Numbered from the stretch's first letter, positions 49,337-61,939 are shown. The stretch: 64,000 nt of DNA from an uncultured Veillonellaceae bacterium (GCA_963805085.1 CAWDTA010000003.1:256001-320000), one strand, 5' to 3'. The notes: generated by a model not told the origin, from the letters alone. Translations and numbers: made by a program.

Positions 49337-49523
49337 GCGACGAGGTTCTTTTCGTAGTAGGCACAAAAACTAAATTAAGAAAAAAATGTGACGGTATTTT
49401 TAGGAATATTGTAGGAAAGTCTTGCATTTTTTTGACAAAACATTAATAATAAAGGATACACCTTTTTATTTTTATCGAGTGATTGAATGAAAAATTTACA
49501 TATTTAGTAAGTGGAGGATAGAA

Positions 49524-50648
49524 ATGCGTAAGTCTATTATTTTATGGCTGGTATTGGTGTGTTTTATCGCTAGTCCAGAGATTGTCTTTGCATCAGATTT
49601 TAGTGATCGAATAAGCGGTTTGGTAAAGGTGCAAGGCGTGCGAGTTTACAGTAATGGTGATCGTAAAGTAAGAGTGGTTTTGGATAGTTCAGGACCTGTT
49701 GAATATAAAACGTTTGTCTTATCGAATCCAAGCAGAATCGCGGTGGATATTAAAGGAGCTTGGCTTGGTCCGAATGTAGATAAAGTGACAATGGTCGATG
49801 GTGGCTTGGTAGGTAAAGTAAGAATCAGCCAATTCGATCCGACGACGGTACGTGTCGTTGTGGAAGCGAATGTATCAAAAGACCGTTATAAGGTTTTTCA
49901 ATTGAAAGAAAATCCCGCAGCAGACAAATCAAATCGAATTGTAATGGACTTTGGTGATTTGGCGCAAGATGATGATACACCTAAGGCAGCAACGGTGGAA
50001 GAAGCGGCCATTGCAACTGTGCCAGATGCCGATAAGGTTGTGACGAAGACGATTAAACTTTTCGATGCCCCTGGTTTAAAGGATAAGATTATTGCAATTG
50101 ATCCAGGGCATGGCGGTAGTGATCCTGGAGCAGTTGGACCGCATGGTATTACAGAAAAAGAAATTACGTTAGCCGTGGGATTAGAACTGAAAAAAATGCT
50201 TGAAAATGAAGGCGCAAAGGTTATTATGACCAGAATATCGGATGTAGATGTTGCTTATGCCAATGCGACGGCAAAAGATGAATTACAGGCGCGCGCTGAT
50301 ATTGCGAATAATGCAAAAGCAGATGTCTTTGTTAGTATCCATATGAACGCCTTTGTGAATACACAAGTAAAAGGAACTGCTACCTATTATTATCCGAAGA
50401 CCAATGGTGATGAACGGATAGCAAGATTTGTTCGTGAAGGATTAATCAGTCAATTAGGAACAGATGATCGAGCTATGCAGACTTGTAACTTTTATGTTGT
50501 CAAACATACGACGATGCCAGCGACACTTGCAGAAGTTGCTTTTGTATCCAACCCGGTGGAAGAGCAATTGCTAAAATCTACCGAAGGTACTAAAAAAGCG
50601 GCAACTGGTATTTTTAGAGGGTTAGATCGATATTTTTCTTATGAATAA
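49524..50648 (+). CDS. N-acetylmuramoyl-L-alanine amidase (AMIN plus Amidase_3), secreted
   Basis: Signal peptide; IDPGHGG.DPGA, TEKE, VSIHMN, LAEVAF. Confidence 0.92.
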   Translation: MRKSIILWLVLVCFIASPEIVFASDFSDRISGLVKVQGVRVYSNGDRKVRVVLDSSGPVEYKTFVLSNPSRIAVDIKGAWLGPNVDKVTMVDGGLVGKVRISQFDPTTVRVVVEANVSKDRYKVFQLKENPAADKSNRIVMDFGDLAQDDDTPKAATVEEAAIATVPDADKVVTKTIKLFDAPGLKDKIIAIDPGHGGSDPGAVGPHGITEKEITLAVGLELKKMLENEGAKVIMTRISDVDVAYANATAKDELQARADIANNAKADVFVSIHMNAFVNTQVKGTATYYYPKTNGDERIARFVREGLISQLGTDDRAMQTCNFYVVKHTTMPATLAEVAFVSNPVEEQLLKSTEGTKKAATGIFRGLDRYFSYE

Positions 50649-50803
50649 TTTTTACATATTTTAGTAAAATAAACTTGACGATTGGGAATTGTTCATTATA
50701 AAATAATGTAGGTTTATAAATTTAATAATAAAAGCCCTGTTTGTGGCGAAGTCTACAAATGGGGTTTTCTTTTGTAGAGAATTTTAATAAGTGAGGTAGT
50801 AGT

Positions 50804-52024
50804 ATGATTGAGAAAAACGATAATGATGAAGTCATGACTCAGCTGGATGAAGAACTTGAAGAACAAATGGAAAAGCGGAAAAAGATACTTTGGCGTTATG
50901 ATGTTCCAGAAGAACGCACCTTGCTTGCAGCTCTTGCTACGCTAACCAAGGCGGAACTTGATGATATTCGTTATAACTTATGTGTACAAGGTATTAGTTC
51001 TTTAAAGAAACAAGAAATGGCAGTAGCATTGGTGCCTGCTATTATTGATTTTTCTCATAAATGGATGCTTACGATTGGCATTGAACAATACAATATTTTA
51101 ACGCATATGAGTAGAAAAAATGGGATTAGTACTGTTGTTGATATGAACGATGTTCGTATGGATTATATGCGTAGTATGGGCATGTTGTTTAGTGGTATGT
51201 ATGAGGGCAAAGAAGCTTGGTATCTTCCGAATGATTTGCTAAATGTATATGCGAGCTTGGACAATGCTAAATTTAGAAAAGAGATTTCCTTTAATGATGA
51301 AGCGAGTCGGTTGGCCACAGGTCTGTTATTTTATTACGGTTATTTAACCTATGATCAATTGCACAAACGGGTGAGTGGCTTCTTAAAAGATAGAAAGCTA
51401 GAATTTATTGATTTCATGGGGATTATGATTAATGCAGGTTGTTGGCAAGGAAATATCGTTGCTCTTGAGGTCGGCATGCACTATTATACTGTTCTGGATC
51501 CAGAGGCTTTATCTACAGAACAAATTGTTCGTGAAGATATCGACTATCATGAATTTACTTATGAAGAGGTTTATCAAGCAGGCGAGAGCGAATATGTAGA
51601 AGAAACAGATGCTTATTTTGAATTGCTAAAATTTTTTAAAGATGAATTGTCACTAGCTCACCATGAAGCTGTCGATATCGTTGGTGAAATATTAATCATG
51701 ATATTAAATAATGAACAATTTAATGAAATTTTAGAGTATATACAAAACATGATGGAAATACCAGAGATGGAAGAAGTACAGTATTTAGCTGATAATATCG
51801 ATGAGATGAACGATACAACTCATTTATGGATGCTGAAAGGTAATAGTCCTAGGGATTTATCACTAGGCAGAAAAAAATCCTCAACGAAATATCAATCGCA
51901 GAAAAACCGTGATAATGTGGTGAAATTTGTTCCAAGGACTTCTAATATCGGTAGAAATGATCCTTGCCCTTGTGGTAGCGGAAAAAAATATAAAAAATGT
52001 TGCTTAGATAAAGACTGCGAATGA
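50804..52024 (+). CDS. SEC-C motif domain protein
   Basis: C-terminal [18 protein letters not shown]. Confidence 0.85.
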   Translation: MIEKNDNDEVMTQLDEELEEQMEKRKKILWRYDVPEERTLLAALATLTKAELDDIRYNLCVQGISSLKKQEMAVALVPAIIDFSHKWMLTIGIEQYNILTHMSRKNGISTVVDMNDVRMDYMRSMGMLFSGMYEGKEAWYLPNDLLNVYASLDNAKFRKEISFNDEASRLATGLLFYYGYLTYDQLHKRVSGFLKDRKLEFIDFMGIMINAGCWQGNIVALEVGMHYYTVLDPEALSTEQIVREDIDYHEFTYEEVYQAGESEYVEETDAYFELLKFFKDELSLAHHEAVDIVGEILIMILNNEQFNEILEYIQNMMEIPEMEEVQYLADNIDEMNDTTHLWMLKGNSPRDLSLGRKKSSTKYQSQKNRDNVVKFVPRTSNIGRNDPCPCGSGKKYKKCCLDKDCE

Positions 52025-53370
52025 GGCAAACGTACAGCTATAAAGAAAAGATTAGAGAATTTATCATCGTCTTGTTGCCGATCTTTATTACGCAGATTGC
52101 GCTGATATCAACGGGTTTTTTTGATACGATTATGGCGGGAAATGCTGGTGATTACGATTTGGCAGGGGTTGCGGTTGCGGTTAATATTTTCATGCCAGTA
52201 TTCTGCGGCGTTTTGGGGGTTATTTCTGGATTAACTCCGATTATTGCTCAGTTACACGGTGCTGGCCAAAGAGGAAAATTACCGTTTATTGTCGTGCAAG
52301 GAATGTATCTTTCGTTGGCTATCAGCGTTATTTTTATTTTGTTTGGTTATTTGAGCATTGAGCCTTTACTTCGTTACATGGAGCTTGAACCGCAAGTGGC
52401 AAGCATTTCTATTGGCTTTTTAAAAGCAATTGCCTGGGGAATTTGTCCGATTCTTATTGGATCGACGCTAAGAAATTTTATTGATGCATTAGGTTATACA
52501 AGGGTTACGATGCTCATTACAGTAGGCTCGGTTCCGATGAATATATTGATGAATTACTTTTTTATCTTTGGTAAATGTGGTTTTCCTAAATTAGGTGGTA
52601 TTGGTGCCGGGGTTGGTTCGGCGATTACCTATTGGCTGGTTTTGCTGCTGAATATTTTCGTGGTTTACTATCTTAAACCATTTAAAGAGTATAAAATATT
52701 TTCGCGGGTTTATCCCGCCTCTTTCAAGGTCTGGCGACAACAACTTTCGATTGGAATCCCGATAGGTAGTGCGATTTTTTGCGAGCAAAGTATTTTTGGT
52801 GCGGTTGGCTTATTTATGGCAGTTTATGGAACGGAAGTGATTGCTGCCCATCAGGCCGCGCTCAATTTTTCTACGATGGTTTATATGATTCCGCTCAGCA
52901 TTAGCATGACGCTGACGATTCTAATCGGTTTTGAAATTGGTGCGAAACGCTATCAAGATGCTAACCTTTATACGAATATAGGCATGTTGATATCCCTTTC
53001 GTTTTCAGGCATACTTACGATAATATTAATCATCTTTAAAGCTCAAATCGCTGCTCTTTATACGCATAATGCGCTTGTGGTTCAGTTGATTCAAATGTTT
53101 TTTGTTTATGTAATTTTTTTACAGTTGGCGGATTCGATCAACGCGCCTATGCAAGGTGCGTTGAGAGGCTATAAAGATGTTAAGGTAACATTATTTTTGG
53201 CAATTATATCATATTGGATCATCGGACTACCAGTGGGGTATGGTCTTGCAAATTATGTTCATACTGGACCAGCTGGTTACTGGCTTGGTTTGATCACAGG
53301 TGTCATTGTCGGGGCAGTATTATTATTTACGCGCCTACGGTATGTTCGAAAAATGAATTTTCAGCCATGA
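52021..53370 (+). CDS. MATE-family efflux transporter (NorM-like)
   Basis: [28 protein letters not shown]. Confidence 0.92.
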   Translation: MRQTYSYKEKIREFIIVLLPIFITQIALISTGFFDTIMAGNAGDYDLAGVAVAVNIFMPVFCGVLGVISGLTPIIAQLHGAGQRGKLPFIVVQGMYLSLAISVIFILFGYLSIEPLLRYMELEPQVASISIGFLKAIAWGICPILIGSTLRNFIDALGYTRVTMLITVGSVPMNILMNYFFIFGKCGFPKLGGIGAGVGSAITYWLVLLLNIFVVYYLKPFKEYKIFSRVYPASFKVWRQQLSIGIPIGSAIFCEQSIFGAVGLFMAVYGTEVIAAHQAALNFSTMVYMIPLSISMTLTILIGFEIGAKRYQDANLYTNIGMLISLSFSGILTIILIIFKAQIAALYTHNALVVQLIQMFFVYVIFLQLADSINAPMQGALRGYKDVKVTLFLAIISYWIIGLPVGYGLANYVHTGPAGYWLGLITGVIVGAVLLFTRLRYVRKMNFQP

Positions 53371-53501
53371 AATAACTCCCATCTGTACTATGATGGGAGT
53401 TATTTTTAGTAGTCTGTAGGTTAATAAATGGTGTATAATAACTTTGTGTTTTGATACATATGTTATATGATAATAGATATAGATTTATTTTAGGAGTGAG
53501 A

Positions 53502-54740
53502 ATGATGAAGAGTCTCGCGTATCGCATTATATTAACTATTTTAATGTGCTTTTCGTTGGTTATGCCAGCTGGTTTAGCAAGTCCAGGGGTACAAGACATT
53601 ACGCTTACCTGGGTGGATGATGCAAAGACATCGCAGACAATCACTTGGCGGACGGATAGTGAAAATAGTATGTTATGTGTAGAATATAGTGAAGCGGATG
53701 CGCCAGATGCTGAAATTTCCGCGGCAAAAACGAAACAAGCAGAGACGACTTTATTTGCTACTGACGATGGCAATGTCTATATGCATACAGTAACACTACG
53801 CAATTTAAAGCCAGGGACACGTTATGTATATCGAATTGGCGATGGACAAAATTGGGTAGCGGATGGTATGTTTCGTACGGAAAAACTTGCAAGTGATTTA
53901 AAATTCTTGTTATTTGGTGATTCACAAAGTTATGATTACAACGTGTGGAAGACAACGTTTATGAATGCTTATCAACAAAATCGTGATGCTGATTTCTTTG
54001 TCAATGCTGGTGATTTGGTTGACAATGGGCAGAAATATCAAGAATGGAAAAATTGGTTTGCTGGTATTGCTGGTGTTTCCAATCGTTTGCCCGTTGTTCC
54101 TGTGGTTGGTAATCATGAAACGTATACACCAGAACATCAGTTTTCTATGCCAGAGTTTTTTACTAAACAGTTTATGCTGCCACAAAATGGGCCAGCTAAT
54201 TTAGAAGGTCAAGTATATTCTTTTGATTATGGTGATGTACATTTTGTTATTTTAGATAGCCAATTTGGTGAAGAACGGAAATTTTTACCAGATTCATTGG
54301 AACGGCAAAAAGCTTGGCTTGCAAATGATTTGGCAGTGACCAATAAACTTTGGAAGGTTGTCTTTATGCATAAACCTCCTTATCATAATCGGATAGCGCA
54401 AGATCAACCAGATGTAACAGAAAGCTTTGTACCGATTTTTGATCAATATGGTGTTGACGCGGTATTTAGCGGACATGATCATGTCAATGCCCGGACCTTT
54501 GCTATGGTGGGGGGGGAAAGAGTAAAAGAAGCAGGTACTATTTACAGCACGGTAGGACGTAGTGGCACAAAATATTATGATACCGTTGGCGCGAAATCTT
54601 GGGATGAACAATTTGCCAATGTCACTGATATGCCAACGTATTCAGTTGTAAAGGTTGCCAAAGGCTTGCTCTACGTCCAAGTGTTTAAACAAAATGGAGA
54701 ATTGCTTGATGAATGGTCGTTGGTTAAGATACATAAATAA
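53502..54740 (+). CDS. Secreted purple-acid-phosphatase-like metallophosphoesterase
   Basis: GDSQ, GDLVD, GNHE, SGHDH; N-terminal FN3-like domain. Confidence 0.88.
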   Translation: MMKSLAYRIILTILMCFSLVMPAGLASPGVQDITLTWVDDAKTSQTITWRTDSENSMLCVEYSEADAPDAEISAAKTKQAETTLFATDDGNVYMHTVTLRNLKPGTRYVYRIGDGQNWVADGMFRTEKLASDLKFLLFGDSQSYDYNVWKTTFMNAYQQNRDADFFVNAGDLVDNGQKYQEWKNWFAGIAGVSNRLPVVPVVGNHETYTPEHQFSMPEFFTKQFMLPQNGPANLEGQVYSFDYGDVHFVILDSQFGEERKFLPDSLERQKAWLANDLAVTNKLWKVVFMHKPPYHNRIAQDQPDVTESFVPIFDQYGVDAVFSGHDHVNARTFAMVGGERVKEAGTIYSTVGRSGTKYYDTVGAKSWDEQFANVTDMPTYSVVKVAKGLLYVQVFKQNGELLDEWSLVKIHK

Positions 54741-54813
54741 GTATGCTCAATAGAGTAGTTACAGATCAATCTATGTTTTCGTAAGATAACATAGATACTG
54801 GAGGGGAAAATCG

Positions 54814-56142
54814 TTGCAAAAAATGGTGAAGCTAGTGGCAATTTGTTTATGCTTGATATTTCATAGTAATATTGTGCAGGCGGGGATGTTAGAAGATTAT
54901 CAGAACGCCAAACTAGAATATATCAATGCTGTCGTTTGTTTAGCTACCTATAGTGATCGAGTTGGCCAAATTGCTAGAAATGAGCTTATTGAGGAAGGTT
55001 GGCGGATCAAGCCTTATAAGAAATTTGATAATGGTGCTGATGCCAAGTTTTTCTTTGTTGAAAATGATGCTTTTGAGTCAGATCATGATATATATATATT
55101 AGCAATCACTGGTACTGAAAGTTTAAAAGATGTTGAAATTGATTTGAACTTTCATAAAGTTTATTTTGGTGGAAATTCGCCAGCGAAATTTATTGAAAGT
55201 GCAAAAAAACAAAATTTAACCAGTAAAGACCCAATGATCCATAGTGGTTTTAATAAGTATACGCAAACAGCTTTATTTACAAAAGAAGATGATGGAACAA
55301 CCTACGGCGAATATATCGCGAAAGTATTAAAAGAAGATAGTAAGCGAAAGATGTATTTGGTTGGGCATAGCTTAGGTGGTGCAGTAGCAACGATTGGTGC
55401 CGCGCGATTGGTAAGCTTGGGGGTAGATCCCCAGCAACTTGAAGTAATTACGTTTGGTGCTCCAGCTGTAGGAAATCAAGCATTTGCTGATGAATATGGC
55501 AGTAAGATTAACTTAAGGCGTGTCGTGATACAAGGTGACCAAGTGAAAAGTGTACTGCAAAGTATCTCTGATGGGTATTCGCAATTTGGCGATCAAAAAG
55601 TCTGGCAGAAAAACAGAAATATTGCTAAACAGCGCCATGCGATCACCGTATATTTAGATGCGGCAACGCGAAATTTTTATGATATTCGTAAAGAAGCGAT
55701 TAAGGCTGGCGTTGTTGAAGAAAAACAAAGTACAAAGCAAGCTATGGTCTATGTTGCACCAATTGTGATCAATCTGCCCAAAGAAATTGCTGAAGATAAG
55801 TTTTATATGGAAGAAAATTTAAAATTTGTTTTACGCAATAGTTTACATAGTTATTTTTTTGTTGAAGGACAGCGAGGTAGTTTGCAAGAAGAGCTAGATA
55901 AAGCAAAGCAAGCTGGTTGCAAGTGGCTACTATTGCCAGGAATAACTGCTAGTAAACTTCAGGATAAACACAATGAATTTTATCTTAGCTTTCAGGAAGA
56001 TATTTACTTAGCCGATGAAGGAACTTTACTAGGATCGTTTTCCAATGCGAGTAGTAGTAAAGATTTTACGCCGATAGAAGCTTCAATGCATAATGTAGCA
56101 GCGGTCAAACATCAACAGCAAGAGAGTTTGGGATATTTATAA
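54814..56142 (+). CDS. Secreted class 3 lipase family protein
   Basis: Signal peptide; ITGT, HSGF, GHSLGG, TFGAP.VG. Confidence 0.88.
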   Translation: MQKMVKLVAICLCLIFHSNIVQAGMLEDYQNAKLEYINAVVCLATYSDRVGQIARNELIEEGWRIKPYKKFDNGADAKFFFVENDAFESDHDIYILAITGTESLKDVEIDLNFHKVYFGGNSPAKFIESAKKQNLTSKDPMIHSGFNKYTQTALFTKEDDGTTYGEYIAKVLKEDSKRKMYLVGHSLGGAVATIGAARLVSLGVDPQQLEVITFGAPAVGNQAFADEYGSKINLRRVVIQGDQVKSVLQSISDGYSQFGDQKVWQKNRNIAKQRHAITVYLDAATRNFYDIRKEAIKAGVVEEKQSTKQAMVYVAPIVINLPKEIAEDKFYMEENLKFVLRNSLHSYFFVEGQRGSLQEELDKAKQAGCKWLLLPGITASKLQDKHNEFYLSFQEDIYLADEGTLLGSFSNASSSKDFTPIEASMHNVAAVKHQQQESLGYL

Positions 56143-56236
56143 TGAATAGTCAGCATTTCATAGGAATGCTGGCTGTTTTTATGCTTTTAGGGTAAAATAG
56201 TAGGAAATAGAAAATAATTCTAGGGATTGGTGACTC

Positions 56237-59014
56237 ATGAAACGTATTGATAAAATCTATGAGTATATTAAAGCAAAATCAAATGAATTCAAAATTGCTG
56301 ATTTACAAGGTCGTGTTGGCGTAGATGCAGCGCAGATTGCCGACACCTTAAATATTTTGCGTAATAATGTTAGCATGGAGCTAAATACATTACATCGTCA
56401 GGATAAGATTGTGAAAATAACTGGCAGACCAGTACTGTTTTTTGATAAAGAAGTCCTGGGAACTTTAGCTGGCGAACCGATTGATCTTGGCCCGATTCAA
56501 GTCAATGCGATTGAAGAGTGTCTGCCAAAATCTAATCTGGCACAAAAAGGCCCCTTTGATTATTTAATTGGTGCGGACAGTAGCTTAAAAAAGCAAGTGG
56601 AACAAGCAAAAGCGGCGATATTATATCCTCCTGATGGGTTACATACGCTCATTGTTGGACAAACTGGCGTTGGTAAGACTCTATTTGCCCATATGATGTA
56701 TGAATACGGTAAAACAGTTCATAAACTTGCCCCTGATGCACCATTTATTACTTTTAATTGTGCGGATTACTATAATAATTCGCAGCTTTTGATATCTCAT
56801 ATTTTTGGCCATATCAAAGGTGCATTTACCGGAGCGGACAATTCTAAAGCTGGCTTAGTAGAAGCGGCTGACCAAGGAATTTTATTTCTTGATGAAATCC
56901 ATCGGTTACCACCAGAAGGTCAGGAAATGATTTTTTATTTTATTGATACTGGTACTTTTAATCGGCTTGGTGAAACGGCTAGAACAAGAAAAGCCAAGGT
57001 GCTGATCATTTGTGCAACAACTGAGGACCCAACCTCAGCATTAACGAGGACTTTTGTTCGACGTATTCCAAATATTATTACGATTAAACCATTGATTGAA
57101 CGATCGCTACAAGAAAAAATTACAATTATTCGGTTATTATTATCCGATGAAGTGCAAAGAATCAATAAGCCCGTAAAGATTACAGTGGAATCTATTAAAG
57201 CATTAATTGGTAGTATTGGCTCAGGCAATGTTGGACAGTTAAAGTCAAATATTAAGTTACTATGTGCCAAAGCATTTTTAAATGGTATCGATAACCCGAG
57301 TTATATAGAAATTGATTTTAAAATATTACCATCAAAAATAAAGACAGGACTACTGACGCTCAGTGCGAATCGTAAAGAACTTTCTGAACTTAGTACGTAC
57401 ATTGACGAACCATTGTTTATTATGCCAGAAGGTGAAAAATTGCTCGTCGATGAAGAAGTTGATAAAGATTCCTTTAACTTATATCAAGTAGTAGAAGATA
57501 AAGTTGATTTATTAAAAGGTGAAGGTATCAGTAATGAACTGATTAAACAAATTGTGGCTACCGATGTGAACGTCTATATTAAATCATTTTATAATAAGCA
57601 AGATTCTCATATGACAGCGAGGCAAAGGTTGCTCAAAATCGTTGATAAAGATTTGGTGGATTTTACGGAAGCAATCAACATCTTAGCACAAAAGCGTTTG
57701 AATAGAGAGTATCGTGACAGATTTTTATATGCATTTAGTCTTCATTTAAGTGCGTTTTTAAAACGGGTAAAAGCAAAGCAAGAACTATCATATAGCAAAA
57801 TAGAAGGGGCATTGCCTGCAGATTCGCTTGAATTTCAGGTGGCATTAGAGATTAAGGATAAGATCGAGGCACATTATCATATTGAAGTTCCCAAGGCGGA
57901 AATAGAATATTTTGCTTTGCTGCTAAGCTCAGTGAAGGAAGATGAAAAAGAAGAAAAAGTTGTGATCATTGTTGCAACGCATGGGAAAAGTACAGCCTCT
58001 TCGATGGTAGAGGTGGCACAAAAATTGTTTAGTACCAATGATACAAATTTGATGGCGATTGATATGCCTTTAGATGTAAGCCCACAAGAGATCTTGGATA
58101 AAATGATTGAAAAATTGGAAGATTTAAATTATCAAAAGGGTGCCTTATTACTTGTCGATATGGGATCATTGTGTAATTTTGGTACATTGATTATGGAAAG
58201 ATTAAAAGTGCAAGTAAAAACAATCGATATGGTATCGACACCGCTTATCTTGGAGGCGATGCGTAAAGCCGATATTGTTGGGATGGATTTGAATAGTATT
58301 TATGAGTCTCTCCTCAATTTTAAAGGGTATGAGGTTGCCCTTGTCGATGGGAAACATGTGAGAACAGCTCATGAAGTTATTGTCACGATTTGCACTTCGG
58401 GAGAAGGGGCAGCGCTGAAATTGAAAGAATTGGTCGAAGATATTTTGGCCAATGCCATCGATCGAGATATTGAAGTAGTCCCAGTCGGGGTTAAAGATCT
58501 TGATCATACCTTAGAAGAATTATTAAAACAGCATACAATCGTTGCTACTGTCGGTATGATAAAACCCAAAATAGATGTTCCCTTTATCCCATTAGAGAAA
58601 TTAATCAATGGTGAAGGTGAAAATATTATTCGTAATATTATAAAATTAGATAATAAAATGATTGCAAAGGAAAAGAATGTTGTTGTTCGCAATCTTTGTG
58701 AAGAAAGTTTGCAAAAATTCTTAACATATTTAAATCCAAGCAAGGTTATTAGTGTATTACTTGAATTTGAAAGTGTATTAGAAAAAGAATTAAATCGTAA
58801 ATTGAGCAATCCAATTCAAATTCGTTTAATTGTACATTGTGGTTGTGCATTAGAACGAATGGTCATTAACAATCCACTTCACTACGAGGGAAAACCAGAT
58901 GTAATTGATACAGAGAAGTTTGAAGCAGTGAAAAAAGCAACTAGTGTATTTAAAAATACGCTAAAAATTACTTTAACTGATGATGAAATGTTATTAATTA
59001 CCGAAATGTTGTAA
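56237..59014 (+). CDS. Sigma54-dependent PRD/PTS-regulated activator (LevR/ManR-like)
   Basis: [27 protein letters not shown]-like ATHG, EIIB-like ICTSG.G. Confidence 0.93.
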   Translation: MKRIDKIYEYIKAKSNEFKIADLQGRVGVDAAQIADTLNILRNNVSMELNTLHRQDKIVKITGRPVLFFDKEVLGTLAGEPIDLGPIQVNAIEECLPKSNLAQKGPFDYLIGADSSLKKQVEQAKAAILYPPDGLHTLIVGQTGVGKTLFAHMMYEYGKTVHKLAPDAPFITFNCADYYNNSQLLISHIFGHIKGAFTGADNSKAGLVEAADQGILFLDEIHRLPPEGQEMIFYFIDTGTFNRLGETARTRKAKVLIICATTEDPTSALTRTFVRRIPNIITIKPLIERSLQEKITIIRLLLSDEVQRINKPVKITVESIKALIGSIGSGNVGQLKSNIKLLCAKAFLNGIDNPSYIEIDFKILPSKIKTGLLTLSANRKELSELSTYIDEPLFIMPEGEKLLVDEEVDKDSFNLYQVVEDKVDLLKGEGISNELIKQIVATDVNVYIKSFYNKQDSHMTARQRLLKIVDKDLVDFTEAINILAQKRLNREYRDRFLYAFSLHLSAFLKRVKAKQELSYSKIEGALPADSLEFQVALEIKDKIEAHYHIEVPKAEIEYFALLLSSVKEDEKEEKVVIIVATHGKSTASSMVEVAQKLFSTNDTNLMAIDMPLDVSPQEILDKMIEKLEDLNYQKGALLLVDMGSLCNFGTLIMERLKVQVKTIDMVSTPLILEAMRKADIVGMDLNSIYESLLNFKGYEVALVDGKHVRTAHEVIVTICTSGEGAALKLKELVEDILANAIDRDIEVVPVGVKDLDHTLEELLKQHTIVATVGMIKPKIDVPFIPLEKLINGEGENIIRNIIKLDNKMIAKEKNVVVRNLCEESLQKFLTYLNPSKVISVLLEFESVLEKELNRKLSNPIQIRLIVHCGCALERMVINNPLHYEGKPDVIDTEKFEAVKKATSVFKNTLKITLTDDEMLLITEML

Positions 59015-59188
59015 AATTTAAAATACACTATTGTAACTTAGTTTACAATAGTGTATTTTTATTATTTGATAATTAGTGTATTAGATGAAATAAAATAGTG
59101 TATTGTTATGTGTAATAGTGTATTTGAAATCTGGTGAATAGTAGAAAAATAATCGAAACTTATACTATTATAAACTGATACACATAAT

Positions 59189-59204
59189 TGGCACGCTGCT
59201 TGCA
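59189..59204 (+). promoter_or_regulatory. Sigma54 (-24/-12) promoter of the PTS operon
   Basis: TGGCAC-N5-TTGCA. Confidence 0.9.
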
Positions 59205-59268
59205 TATGAATATAGGCGAGTAATGATCCCAGAGAAGAAGTTGAATTGATGTAAGAGGAGGTCAAAGG

Positions 59269-59706
59269 ATGTTAGCGATTATTGTTGGAACACATGGTAA
59301 TTTTGCAAGTGAACTTGTTAAAACTTGTGAAATGATTTGTGGAGCCACGACAAATGTAAAAGCAGTTACTTTAGTACCAGGTGAGGGAGCTGACGATTTG
59401 ATGGTTAAATATAGCGCAGCTTTAAAAGAACTTGATACAAAAGATGGCGTTATATTTTTAAATGATCTATTTGGTGGTAGTCCTTATAATGCAGCTTGCC
59501 GTATTGCCATTCAAGAAGAGAAATACGGAATTGTAACGGGTGTTAGCTTGCCAATGTTAATTGAGATGGTTAGCTATCAACTATGCAATCCAGAAGTTGG
59601 CGATATTAAAGAAGTGATGCAAAAAGCTGTTGAAGCAGGTCAAGCTGGAACACAAATATTTCATTTAAGTACTATAAATAATGACGAAGAGGAGGACGAT
59701 CTATAA
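59269..59706 (+). CDS. Mannose-family PTS EIIA
   Basis: IVGTHG, DLFGGSPYN. Confidence 0.93.
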   Translation: MLAIIVGTHGNFASELVKTCEMICGATTNVKAVTLVPGEGADDLMVKYSAALKELDTKDGVIFLNDLFGGSPYNAACRIAIQEEKYGIVTGVSLPMLIEMVSYQLCNPEVGDIKEVMQKAVEAGQAGTQIFHLSTINNDEEEDDL

Positions 59707-60182
59707 TGAATATCGTATTAGCTAGAATTGATGATCGCTTAATCCATGGGCAAGTGGCAACGATCTGGGCAAAAGTAACAAACTGTGAACGCATTATCGT
59801 CTGTGATGATGAGGTGGCTGCTGATTCAATTAGATCTACATTGTTAAAACAAGTAGCACCTCCAGGAATTAAATCAAGTGTAGTTGACATTGATAAAGCG
59901 GTGCGTGCTTACAATAGTCCAAAGTATGAAACAGCTAAATGTCTATTGTTATTTACCAACCCTACAAGCGTATTACGCATGGTAGAAGCTGGGGTAAACA
60001 TCACGAGTGTTAACATTGGTGGTATGAGTTTTAAAGAAGGTAAAAGACAACTTACGCAAGCTGTATCAGTAAATGATGCAGATGTAGAAGCTTTTAAAGC
60101 ACTCAATGCAAAAGGTATCGAACTTGAAATTAGAAAAGTTGATAGCGATTCAAAAGTAAATTTAATGAGTGTATTAAAGTAA
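59706..60182 (+). CDS. Mannose-family PTS EIIB
   Basis: RIDDRLIHGQV. Confidence 0.95.
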   Translation: MNIVLARIDDRLIHGQVATIWAKVTNCERIIVCDDEVAADSIRSTLLKQVAPPGIKSSVVDIDKAVRAYNSPKYETAKCLLLFTNPTSVLRMVEAGVNITSVNIGGMSFKEGKRQLTQAVSVNDADVEAFKALNAKGIELEIRKVDSDSKVNLMSVLK

Positions 60183-60273
60183 ATCATAGTTAGTGATAAG
60201 TTGAGATTTTTATTCATATTATTAAGGGTTATATAAAATGTAATCATAAATATCATAATTGGAGGGATGACTT

Positions 60274-61083
60274 ATGGAACTTAGTACTTTACAAATTATT
60301 GCGGTATTCCTAATGTCTTGCGTTTGTGGTATGGGTAGTATATTGGATGAATTCCAAACACATCGTCCATTGATCGCGTGTACTCTAACTGGTCTAATTT
60401 TAGGTGACATGACAACAGGTATTATTATCGGTGGTACATTAGAAATGATTGCTCTTGGTTGGATGAATATTGGGGCAGCAGTTGCGCCAGATGCAGCGTT
60501 GGCATCCGTTATTTCCACAATCTTAGTAATCGCTGGTAAACAAAGTATTGGTGCTGGTATCGCAATTGCGATGCCGCTTGCAGCTGCAGGTCAAGTACTT
60601 ACAATTATCGTGAGGACAATAACAATTTTCTTCCAGCATAAAGCTGATGATTATGCAAGAGAAGGTAACTTAAATGGCATTGATATGTGTCATATATTGG
60701 CTTTATTTATCCAAGCATTACGTATTTCCATTCCTGCTGTTTTAGTAGCAATGTTCGTTGGTACTGGCGCAGTTCAATCCATGCTTGCAGCAATTCCACC
60801 TGTAATCACTGGTGGTTTACAAGTAGCTGGTGGTTTCATCGTGGTTGTAGGGTATGCAATGGTTATTAACATGATGGGTGCGAAATATCTAATGCCTTTC
60901 TTCTTCTTAGGTTTTGTTTGCGCAGCATTTACAAACTTCAACTTGGTTGCATTTGGGGTAATTGGTGTTGTACTGGCAATTGTTTACATTCAATTAAATC
61001 CTAAATATCAAGCAGTAAGTATTGCAACAGCTGGTGTTGCTGCTACAAAAGCAGACGATTTAGACGACGATTTAGACGACTAA
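60274..61083 (+). CDS. manY: Mannose-family PTS EIIC
   Basis: LDEFQTHRPLIACTL, NIGAAVAPD. Confidence 0.93.
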   Translation: MELSTLQIIAVFLMSCVCGMGSILDEFQTHRPLIACTLTGLILGDMTTGIIIGGTLEMIALGWMNIGAAVAPDAALASVISTILVIAGKQSIGAGIAIAMPLAAAGQVLTIIVRTITIFFQHKADDYAREGNLNGIDMCHILALFIQALRISIPAVLVAMFVGTGAVQSMLAAIPPVITGGLQVAGGFIVVVGYAMVINMMGAKYLMPFFFLGFVCAAFTNFNLVAFGVIGVVLAIVYIQLNPKYQAVSIATAGVAATKADDLDDDLDD

Positions 61084-61111
61084 TAATTTAATTTGAAGGA
61101 GGAAGATTACA

Positions 61112-61939
61112 ATGGCAAATCAAACGAAAAAATTAACCAAAGGTGACATGTTTAGTGCATTTATTCGCTCGAACTTCTTGCAAGGTTCTTGGAACTTTGA
61201 AAGAATGCAAGCGTTAGGATATTGTTTCGGTATGGTACCAATTATTAAAAGACTATATGAAGGTCAAGAACGTAAAGATGCGATTAAAAGACATTTAGAG
61301 TTCTATAACACACAGCCGTTCGTTACAGCACCGATCATTGGGATTACAGCTGCAATGGAAGAACAAAGAGCCAATGGTGCTGATATTCCAGATAGTGTTA
61401 TCAATGGTATCAAGGTAGGTATGATGGGACCTTTAGCTGGTGTTGGTGACCCGATTTTCTGGGGTACATTAAGACCAATGACAGCTGCACTTGGTGCTTC
61501 TATCGCTTTAACTGGTAGTTTATTGGGACCAATTCTTTTCTTCGTACTATTTAATGTAATTCGTTTAGCTGTTAGATGGTATGGCATACAATATGGTTAC
61601 AGCAAAGGTACTGACGTCGTTAAAGATGTTGCTGGTAATAAACTTCAAAAAATTACAGAAGGTGCTTCAATACTAGGGCTATTTGTAATGGGTGCTTTAG
61701 TTTGTAAATGGACATCAGTAAATGTACCACTTGTAGTATCAACAATCACAATGCAAGATGGTAAAATTGCCGTAACAACTGTCCAAGATATTTTCAATCA
61801 ATTGATGCCTGGTTTAATACCATTGATCTTAACCTTTATTTGCATGGACTTACTCAAAAAGAAAGTCAATGCACTTTGGATTATCTTCGGCTTATTTGCT
61901 GTAGGGATTGCTGGTTTCGCAATGGGAGTTTTAAAATAG
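61112..61939 (+). CDS. manZ: Mannose-family PTS EIID
   Basis: SWNFERMQALG, MGPLAGVGDP.FWGT. Confidence 0.93.
   Translation: MANQTKKLTKGDMFSAFIRSNFLQGSWNFERMQALGYCFGMVPIIKRLYEGQERKDAIKRHLEFYNTQPFVTAPIIGITAAMEEQRANGADIPDSVINGIKVGMMGPLAGVGDPIFWGTLRPMTAALGASIALTGSLLGPILFFVLFNVIRLAVRWYGIQYGYSKGTDVVKDVAGNKLQKITEGASILGLFVMGALVCKWTSVNVPLVVSTITMQDGKIAVTTVQDIFNQLMPGLIPLILTFICMDLLKKKVNALWIIFGLFAVGIAGFAMGVLK

Noticed and set aside
54814-56142. Second lipase as part of the toxin system
   Set aside because: It has a normal signal peptide, lacks the HPDD module and lies among core genes 13 kb from the island.
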